From Candidatus Latescibacterota bacterium (GTDB lineage: Bacteria > Latescibacterota > UBA2968 > UBA8231): a stretch of DNA of 64,000 nucleotides. The first letter of the stretch is position 1. Each line of letters begins with the position of its first letter. The notes under the pieces were generated by a model, which searched no databases, was not told the DNA's origin, and saw only the letters and a program-made list of their open reading frames with translations. Both the position numbers and the translations under genes were made by a program. This document shows, piece after piece, positions 49,201-58,600 of the stretch. The DNA lies in contig CBDETY010000003.1 in the NCBI GenBank assembly GCA_965243025.1, forward strand, positions 5,888,001-5,952,000, given 5' to 3'.

Positions 49201-49365
49201 CCCGCCGTCCGCGGTGGCAATCCAGAGCAGCCCTCGCCGGTCCTGGTAGATGTCCTCGATCAGCATCCCGGCCAGCCCATCCTTCAGGGTGTACTGGCGC
49301 GCCCTTGTGTGATCGAGGAATGCTGCGGATTCCGGAATCTCCGGGGATGGAGGTCTGTCTTTCAT
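46204..49365 (-). CDS. Sigma-54-dependent activator with N-terminal two-component-regulator beta-propeller (Reg_prop) and Y_Y_Y domains
   Basis: Repeated YT..DGL...I.ED..G.LW.GT..GG; Y_Y_Y-like YSHRL.G...WS...Y.DLP.GEY.F.VR; GETGTGKG, ESELFGHEKGAFTGA, LFLDEIG, FRADLYYRL, WPGNVREL; C-terminal Fis HTH. Confidence 0.9.
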   Translation of the reverse strand: MKDRPPSPEIPESAAFLDHTRARQYTLKDGLAGMLIEDIYQDRRGLLWIATADGGVSRFDGEAFENFRPSDGLPDFAVMAIAEDADGRLWFGTFGGGLALFDGRRFEVYTTEHGLPSNEILGLQPQADGSMRLLTGAGIGRFAGGACVDCTTHIGGQPLGRVHDLVTDSTGTTWLATRTLGIISLDGRCLSPVFAEGGAWNWAWKLAKDADGLLWIASRHGKKDAGVGRYDPQSRHLDFVEVNAPSEAAEIVAPGIRHLRPDDRGRLWMVRRGVLVYDGQEWHPFSARFPDADFSNTRMSYEDREGNIWVGSYGGGLAFFSQPAVVRYTEADGLPHSKVTCLAEDRRGQIWIGTDGGTACFEEDEIHSTNSGPVVFVMEADRQGTLWIGDSEGKVSKRAREPRVIPVRTEDNLEVIVGLCQDRTGRLWVCTSHGILGYIEEDRFAALKERLPQRCRTMIQDSEGVLWIGTDEESPSLYYKDRTHRLHASDFPGLEAAYAVNALCEHEGLLWVGAPSGLFSVDLGSKEVRRYTMDQGLPANCVTSLGTDRQGRLWIGTNGGGALNYKGEAFHRIHLGESSRESQVNAILCDRRGRMWFGTQGGLTVYRPRPVPPGIVIRQALDGRLLEAPEAVSFPKDTAEVEIHFQGLRFQIDEGEMLYSHRLAGHGPTEEWSEFTPAKWVSYRDLPVGEYLFGVRTRDPQGILSEAAHLQVRVVPETRNEGLRQPEREQRPPVEAVPGYGPTLVGLLSQLRRVAETDMTVLLRGETGTGKGLVARQIHDLSPRRNRAFVQVNCGSLTSTLVESELFGHEKGAFTGAGMRRIGLFEQAHGGTLFLDEIGDMPPAGQQALLNILEDGLLRRVGGRNSVQVDVRVIAATNRDLDRMIREETFRADLYYRLRTFPVLIPPLRDRREEIPVLTAHFAAEYSRQLPGPVPTLSEEALGYLQEHSWPGNVRELQHLIRRAVMLSEGEILEVAHVSLPVEDEGQGGPVSLSPSDQPCEEGDEKLQILKALQASKGRIYGEKGAAKLLGMNPERLRSRMRVYGLKRHWGVS

Positions 49366-49694
49366 GTTCCGTTGTCGCCCCATGCCGACGGCCCGGCGCT
49401 GGAAAGGCATCCGGGTGATGACGAAAGGTCCGAAAGGTCCGGGCGGCCTTCAACCAGGGCCCGGATGAGGACAGCCTGTCCCTCCCGAAACCGGGCCGAC
49501 CTCTAAGCACCTCACCCTCAACTCCTCCTGTTCCTCCGACATCCGGGCTGTCCGCTCTCCCGGGCAGGGGCCGGTCTATATCCCCGGCCCCTCCAGGGGC
49601 CCGGATTACTTGCGATATCCGATCGTATCGAAACTGCCAAATCCATCCGAAAACTGCCTGAAACGCGGTTTCCCAAGGGAGAGGGACATACGCA

Positions 49695-52600
49695 ATGGAT
49701 AATTGCCACGAATCACCCATGAAATGGCTGCGCGGAGGAATGCTCGCAGTACTGGCCGTGTCGTTTCTGGCCGGCAAGGCGCAAGCGGCCGACGAAGGTC
49801 CAATTGACGCTCCTGACCTCACAGTAACCTCCGGGCCGGAAAAGCTCACGGTATCCTGGAAAGCGGTCGAGGACGCGGATGCATACCAAATCCAGTGGAG
49901 GGAAGACAAGACTACCCCGGACCCTTGGGGGGCATCATCTTCCGGAGATATCACGGGCCTGAAACATGTCATCGAGGAACTGGATGCAAGCAAAACCTAC
50001 CAGGTGCGGGGTTTCGCCAAGGACGGGAACGGGGATTACAGCAATCCTTCGGACAGCGATTCGGACACAGATGGAGATCAACCCCACACTGGCACGCCGG
50101 CGCCGGGCGCAGTGATGAACGTGACGGTGACGCCCGGCTCGCAGAAGCTTGAGGTATCGTGGGACAGGCTCGGGGTCCTCGAGGAGGCCACTGGCACCGA
50201 CGTTAGGCCGGGTTACAAGGTGCAGTGGAAGTGGGGGGCGGAGAAGTATTCCGATACTCGGCTAATAGAAGTGGGTCAGGGGGATGTGGCTCGTCTGAGT
50301 GTGACCATTAATGATGTGGATGGGGATGCGACTGCGGATGCGGATGGGGATGGGGAAAATGTCGATCCTCTGTCGGCGGGCACCGAGTACACGGTGAAGG
50401 TGACCGCCACGAACGCGCCCCAAACCGAACCCACCCCCTCCGTCCCCGGCGACGGCGGCGATGGTTCGCCCGTTGAGAAAGAGGCCACGCCGACACCGGC
50501 AAAAGTGGGGGTGGTGACGGTGACCAACGACCACGAGAAGAAGTCGAAGCCGGGGGAGCTCAAGGTGGAATGGGGTAAATCGGCAGTTAAAGAGCCGGTA
50601 GTTGGGGCCACCGGATACACGGTCGAGTGGAAGTCGGAGACGGACAACGACTATGGACCGAATCGACGAATTACAGCCGAGGATGATGAATTCGAAAAAA
50701 CGATTGGGGAGGATGCTCCTCTGGATCCAGGCACCCGGTACACGGTGCGGGTGTACGCCACGAACGCGAGCGGCCCGGGCGAGCCCTCGGATGAAATGCC
50801 CAAATCGCCGCTCCCGGCCAAGGTGGAGGGGGTGGAGGTTGAGAGTCTGGCCGAGGAGGAGCTCACGGTGAGGTGGGAGGCGGTCCAGGGGGCCACCGGA
50901 TACACAGTGAAGTGGAGCCCGAAGTCCACGAAGCGGAGCACGCCGTTAACAACAGGGGCCGGCTCAGAGACCGAAGGAACCACAGGCAGCGCCTCAGCGT
51001 CCGGAACGAGTCATACGTTTTCTCCTTTTACCACCACCGCAGATCTGAGTTCGGCGGCCATCATGTACGACGTGCAGGTGGTTGCCTTAAACGTTGCGGG
51101 AGAGGGAGGCGCCGACTCTGAGAAAGCAACAGGCACGCCGAGGCCGAGACAGGTGGTGCTTCCAGGTGTCAATGTGACGGCCGGCCATAGGGAGCTCATG
51201 GTATGGTGGCCGGGGTTGGGCGACGGGGAAGTCGATACATACACGGTGCAGTGGAGGCCGACAACGGAGCTGTCGTACGCTCCGGGAGACCAGGATATTG
51301 TGCAGGCGACTGATTTGCCGACGAGTTCGGGTCCTCACAGGATTACGGGTCTGCAAGGAGGCACCGAGTACACGGTGCGGGTGTACGCCACAAACGATGG
51401 GGGCGATGGGAGGCCCTCAACGGAAATAGCCGAGACCCCGACCGTCCCGTCGGAAAACGGGGTGTCGGGCGTGGAGGTGACTTCCGGCGCGACAGAGCTT
51501 ACGGTGAACTGGGACGGGATTCCGGGGGCCACATTCAGGGTCCGGTGGGTGGAGACGACAACAGCATTAACATCTGCTACTGACTTCAATACGGCCTACG
51601 ATGCGGATGGTGCAGTCAAAGGCGAAGCCTCGGGGATTAGAGGAACCAGCCACAGGATCAGCCCTCTGAAGGCGGGCACCCGGTACGCGGTGGAGGTGAG
51701 AGCTACCGTGGCCGGGGAGTCCGGAACTTCCGGGTTTGGAAATGCGTGGACCAAGCCGGGCCCGGTGACGGGGGTGACGGTGGCGCCGACAACTGGGGAA
51801 GCGGGGCGACTCACGGTATCGTGGAAGGGCGTCGTGGGAGCCTCCTCCGAAGATGGCTACAAGGTGCAGTGGAGGTCGGAAAATCAGGGTTGGGACTCGG
51901 CTCGCGAAGTCAGCGTAGACCAAGTGACCGGTTTCGATCCGACGGCCGATCCTCCGGTTGTAACTGTTACAACGGTCCTTGGGGATGGGGATGCTTCGGC
52001 TGGGGCCGCGGACCCGCCTCTGGACGGCAACACGTACACGGTGCGGGTGATCGCCACCAACGACGGCGGGGACGGCCATCCCTCGGCGGTGGAAACAGGC
52101 ACGCCGACGCCGGGTGTGGTGGGCGACCTCACCTCGGACACCGGGGTCGCCCCGACGGTGAAGCCCGGCTCGAGGAAGCTCGAGGTGAAATGGACGAAGG
52201 CAAAGGGGGCCACGGCATACACGGTGCGGTGGTGGACGGGACCGTCCGGGACAGGGTTCGGTGACGCCGCTGCAAAGGACAAAGGCCAAGAAAAGGATAT
52301 CTCTGAAGAAAAATATACGATTCCGAATCTGAAGGCGGGCGTCACGTACATGGTGGAGGTGATCGCCACCAACGTGAAGAAGGAGCCTGGTACTGCCACC
52401 GCCGCGGCATCAGGCACCGGCCCCACCGGCACCACCCCGTTACCGAGCAAGGTAACGGACGTGAGGGTGGAGCCCGAGGCGCAGAGCCTCAAAGTATCGT
52501 GGACGCCAAAGGGTGAGGCTGAGGCCTCCGGATTCTACACCGGATACAAGGTGCAGTGGAGGAAGGAGTACCAGAAGAAGGGAATGGGCAGCGAAGAGGT

Positions 52601-55600
52601 AGTGACGACCGGTGCCGGGGGGGCGATGACTCTGACGATTGGGGATGGTATAGGGGAGGATGGTTCTACTTCTGACCCCACGGATACTCCTCTGGATCCG
52701 GGCACCAAGTACTTTGTGCGGGTGATCGCCACCAGCCTCGGTGGGGACAACGACCCCTCAGATCCTGAAGTATCAGGCACGCCGGCGCCGGCAGATTTTA
52801 CCGACTTTGAAGGTGTCGACGCCGGAGACCGCTTAAAGGTGGAACCAGGTAAGGAGGCAGGGACGCTTGATGTATTTTGGAATACGGTAACAGGGGCCAC
52901 GGCATACACGGTGCAGTGGAAGTGGGGCAGCAGTGCGGCGTACGAAGGGAGCCAGAGCGGCGAAGACATGGCGACCGAAGTCTGTTATACGATTACGGGT
53001 CTGACCGCGGGCACCCCGTACACGGTGCGGGTGATCGCCGAAAACGCGACCGGCCAGACAACGCCCTCGCATGGAAATGACGGGGGGGTCACCGAAATTC
53101 CGAAGCCGGGCAAGGTGACGGGGGTGGGTGTGGTATCAGAGGAGACGGCCCAGCTTACGGTGTCATGGACCCGGTTCCGGGAAACTGGAATTGCCTACAA
53201 AGTGCAGTGGAGGGCATCGGATGATTCTTGGCCGGCTTCATTTACGGAGGGCACAAATCAATTTACGGAGACCGGGTCCAATAATAGCTATACGATTACT
53301 ACGGGTCTGACCGCGGGCATCGAGTACACGGTGCGGGTGATCGCCACGAGCGGGGTGGATAGTGACAACGACGGAACGTACGAAATGGGCGGCGACGGCG
53401 AGCCCTCAGAGGAAAAACCAGGCACGCCGATACCCCCGCGGGTAACCGTGGCTGACCACTCCCTTGCTTTTGACGGCACCATCCCCGGGGAGGTGACGGT
53501 ATCGTGGACCACCGTTGCCGGGGCAACGGAATACAAGGTCGAGTGGAGGCGGGGGGGGAGTAGAACTCGGCCGTTTACCGTCGAGCCTCTTACTAAGGAA
53601 TTTTCATACAGGCTTACGGGACTTTCGGCGGGCGACTACGAGGTGCAGGTTTCTGCCAAAAACGACGGGGGCTTTGGGCTTCCATCTGTTGTTGATCCAT
53701 CCGCGACACCAACTGTTCCTCTCTCGTTCACGGTGACCGGCGGCTCTGTCGACCGGGTGACGGGCGTGGAGGTGGAGCCCGGCGTGGACGAACTCGAAGT
53801 ATCGTGGAACCGGGTCTCGGGGGCTACCGGCTACAGGGTGCAGTGGAAGTCCGGGACCGAGGGGTACGACGACTTAACTGTTGCGACGGATGATCCTGAC
53901 GACAGAACCGCTACTCCTACTTCTACTGATCCTTCTCCTGTGACCGGAACGAGTTATAAGATAACGGATCTGATTCCGGGCACCCCGTACACGGTGCGGG
54001 TGATCGCCGTAGGTTCGACGACAGCCCCGATTTTCGGTAGCGCTGGCGTCGGAAGCCCCTCCCATTTAAGCACTGGCGAACCAGGCTACACCACTGGGAG
54101 CCCCACCGGGGTCATCGGCACGCCGGAACCGGGCAAGGTGACGGGGGTGGCGGTGACTGCCGCCGCGGAAGAGCTCACGGTAACGTGGGAGGAGGTTTCC
54201 GGGGCCCATAGATACACGGTGCAGTGGAAGTCGGGGAGGCAGGGCTACAGCGACGTACGTTGCAAATTATTACCGGAGAACGACGCTACGGCGACCCCCC
54301 CCATTGAGAACAATCTCGGCTCCAACCCACCGGAGACCATTACCCTTTCAATCGACGAGTTGGGTAGTGACAGAACCCTGTTTGATGTGGGTGCCAGGTA
54401 CACGTTTCGGGTTTTCGCCACAAGCGCCTCCCTCCCCCTATCGGCCACGTCTGTTACAGTCAACGGCCTGCCCTCCGACGACGGCTCAACGGCCTCCGAC
54501 ATTGCCAAGCCTGCCCAAGTGACGGAGGTGAAGGTGAAATCCGGCAGAGACGAGCCGGGGCCGGGGAAACTTCTGGTGGAGTGGAAAGAAGTGGACGGGG
54601 CCGATGACTACGCGGTGGAGTGGAGAGACCCAGACGCCACTCCCCCCCAGGATGCTTGGGACGAAGGCAGAACCGCGTCGCGGAATCCCCGCCACGTCCC
54701 CGGTATTACGGGGACGAGCCACACGATTTCTGGTTTGCCGGGCGGCACCCTGTATGAGGTGCGGGTTTTGGCCCGGAACGATGGCGGCAAGGGACCGTAC
54801 TCATTGATAGTAAGCGGTAGGCCAGCGCTGGATCCGGTGGGGGTGGTGACGGTGGAGACGGTGGCTTCCCAATCCGAGGAACTCAAGGTAACGTGGCCGG
54901 CGGTCACGGGGGCCAAAGGCTACAAGGTGCAGTGGAGGAAGTCGTCGGAGACGGAGTACGACGAAGACGACGTCCGGCAGACGGTCGGTACAAGTGATAC
55001 AATTCAGGATCTGGATCCGGGGACCGAGTACACGGTGCGGGTGACCGCCACCCTGATACTGGGCTCCGGTAACATGCCGAAGGAACACGACGGCGTGCCC
55101 TCAGCGGAACAAACAGGCCTGACGGTGCCGGCCCAGGTGACGGAAGTTGAGGTGGATCCCGGTGTAGAACAGCTCACAGTAGAGTGGAAGGAGATCCCCG
55201 ATGTCACCGGCTACAAGGTGCAGTGGAGGGATGCGAAGCAGGTAGCCTCTTGGGGTGAGGATGATTTCACACCCACCGAAGACACCAACCAGAAAACGGT
55301 GACCCCCCCCGCAATGAGGTATACGATTACTACGGGTCTGACCGCGGGCACCGAGTACACGGTGCGGGTGATCGCCACGAACGAGCCCGATCCCCCAACC
55401 CCCGGGGACGCCAGCGACGGGGGCGACGGACCGGCCTCGGCTGACAAAAAGGGTACCCCGACGGAACTCAAGGATGGCCAAGTGGCGCTCGATGAGGGGG
55501 ACGTGGTGCCCGGCCTGAATCAGCTCACGGTATCGTGGGACCCGGTCACGGCCCCGACGGGCGTCACCGACTACAGGGTGCAGTGGACGTCGGGCTCAGA

Positions 55601-58600
55601 TGACGATGACTTCGACGACTTAAAGTACACAGCTGATGATCCTGACGACAGCACCGCTACTGTCACCGGAACCAGTTATACGATAGCGGGTCTGATGGCG
55701 GGCACCGAATACGCGGTAAGGGTAATCGCTGTCCTGTCGCCCACGGAGGATGGAACCCCCTCGAATACGGTCTATAAAACCCCGTTGTCTCGTCTGGGCC
55801 AGGTAGCGAACGTGGATGTAACTCCCGGCCCGAACATGCTCACTGTATCATGGGACGTGCTTCCAGGGGCGGACGGCTACAAGGTGCAGTGGAGGTCGGG
55901 GCCAACGGAAACGTTCACGGATGCCGCGACCGACGGCCGCCAACTTACGCCGACCACTACAACGCAGGAGATTCCGGACCTGACGGCAGGCACCCTATAC
56001 ACGGTACAGGTGATTGGTACAAACCAGAGCGGAGATGGAGAAGCTTCGGAAATGGCCACGGGTACTCCGACGCTGGGCAAGGTGGCCAATGTGCGGACGG
56101 CTGCCGGCGTAGGGACCCTCACGGTATCCTGGGACGCAGTCGCGGACGCCACCGGCTACACGGTCGAGTGGAAGTCGGGAACCCAGGCTTGGGATCCCAG
56201 CCGCAGCCGACCGGTCCCATCCGGGCTGAGAACCACGATTCCGAGCCTGACCGCGGGTACGAAATACACGGTACGAGTGACCGCCACCTTGGGTCAGCTC
56301 CTGGGAATGTCTTCTGAGGAGGCCATGGGCACGCCGACCCAGCGGCGGCCCTCTAGACCCTCTACCCCATCTACACCCTCTACACCCACTCCTCAGCCTC
56401 CCACTACGCCACCCACGACGCCTACGACGCCGCCTGTCACCACTGCGCCCAAAGACCCGAAACCGGGCAAGGTAGTGCTCTCGTCGGTGAAGGCGGGAGA
56501 AGAAGGCGGGCAGCTTGCGGTGAAGTGGCGTGTGATGGCCAAAGCATCCGGATACAAGGTGCAGTGGAAGTCGGGAGACCAGGATTTCTCCTCGTCTCGC
56601 CAGGCCAGAGTAAGCGGAATGCTCGCGGTCAACTACGTCATTGGCGATCTGGACTATACAATCGAATACATGGTACGGGTCATCGCCTACAACTCTCACG
56701 GCGATGGACCGGCTTCGGATAGCCGCAAGGGAACTCCGAAGCGCGGCGTACCCAAGAACAACCTCGCCATAGAAGATCCGGACGAGGCTCGCACCGTCGG
56801 TCAGGCCATTTCCCTGACGGTATCGGTGGCTGAGGAAGGCGCTCATGTCCTCGAAGTAACCGGAGGCCGGGGCGTCACGCTGAGCGGAGACGGGGTAACC
56901 GATCAGGGTGGCGGCTCGGCTCAGTTGGATGCGGACTCCTGGTCTGAAGGACAGCGCACCGTCGTCCTGAACGACACGGTAGGTCCGGACGTACTGTCCA
57001 TCGTGCTCCGCAACACGGACGGTGATTCCCTGGCCGGGCTCTCCGGGATCATGTACAACCCGGGCGAGGCCAGTCAGTTGGTGGTCACCGGATTGCCGGA
57101 TACGCTGGCCGTAGGCCGGGCGTACCGGGGCCAGGTTTCCGCTACGGATTCGTACGGTAACGTCCGCACCGAGGACCGCGAGGTCACCATATCCACCGAT
57201 GCGAGGAACGTCAGTTCGTCCTCCCCGGTGGAGCTGGAGGAGGGTACCGGCGGATTCTGGGTACGCAGCGACGAGGTACCGGCCACGGCTCTGGTGCTGA
57301 CGTTCGAGGATTCGGAGGACAGCGATCTGAGCAGTTCGGTATCGGTGACGGTGCGGCCGTTGGATGCACCGGATCGAGTGGTCGCCGCCGACAACCCGGG
57401 TGATGAGGGCGGATTCGTCCTGCTCACCTGGGATCTGTCCGACGATCATTCCATACTGGACACGTACCGCATCTTCCGGGGTGAGGGTTCGGCCAGAGAA
57501 TGGGGGAGCGTCGCCGCCGCTCCCGGCGCTACGGAAGGCCGGGCAGTAGTAGCCACCCTGGACACGATGTCCTCTGTATGGGGCGTCCTGGGCCAGATCG
57601 GCGGCAGCAGCATGATGGACGATATGGCCTGTATGGCCGACATCGTCGTGACCGGATCGGACGTGGACGGACTGGAGGTACTGGTCTGGCGCACCGGCTC
57701 GGGCAACCGGGTCAGTTCGCCCCGGTCTTCCAACATCCTCTGGAAAGGCACCACGGACGCCACCGGGCAGGTCAGCCTGAGTGTCAACAACTCGGGTCGC
57801 ACCAGCTCCTATGCCGCCACCGCCCGCAGGGACGGTGAGTTGGTAGCCAGCTGGCGCGGTATACAGCTGACTCCGTCCGACTGTCCCAGTCTCGAACTGG
57901 CCATCGGGGGCGAGGCCACGGTAGGCGGAGCGACCGACCAGCGACCGAGCGTCGTTCTGATGTCGTCGATTACGCAGTCGGGTTCGGCTCGCGCCATCGA
58001 CAACACGCCGCCGGCTGCGGCGGGGTCCTTCCGGGCCGTGGATGTCCCCGACGACGACGGAGGCCAAATCCAGTTGTCGTGGACCGAGTCGACCTCGGAC
58101 GTCTCGATAACCCGCTCCGTCGAGGGCGCCGTAGGTCCGGTAACCTCGGACATGAGCCGTGGCGTGGTGGGCTATCGTATCTACCGGGAGTCTGCCGAAG
58201 GGTTTGCTCCCCTCGGGACGGTCGGTCCCGGTGTCACCGGTTTCGTGGATACGACGGCCATCACCGGAATACGGTTCACCTACGTCGTCTCCGCCTTCGA
58301 TCAGGACAACGAGACCGTATCGGAGGAGGAGGAAGCCATGTCCATCCGCAACCGCGAGGAAGACGTCAACGGCAAGCTCATCCAGGGCTTGTTCGGGGCG
58401 GACAAGACCGTCGGCTTCGACGACTACTTCCACTTCGCCGATCACTACGGTTCGTCGGTGGAGGATACGGAATGGGAACCGGCCTTCGATCTGGCCGCCA
58501 AACAGGCCGTGGACATCGACGGATACAACGTATTCGCCGAGAACTTCGGCCGTCAGACCGCTTCGGCCGCCAAGGTCATCCCGCTCGAGCCCGGCCGGAA

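Noticed and set aside
50200-56600. CRISPR-like or DGR interpretation of the recurring 15-16-mers
   Set aside because: The repeats are in-frame parts of Fn3 strands with irregular spacing. There is no reverse transcriptase and no adenine-specific template/variable repeat pair.
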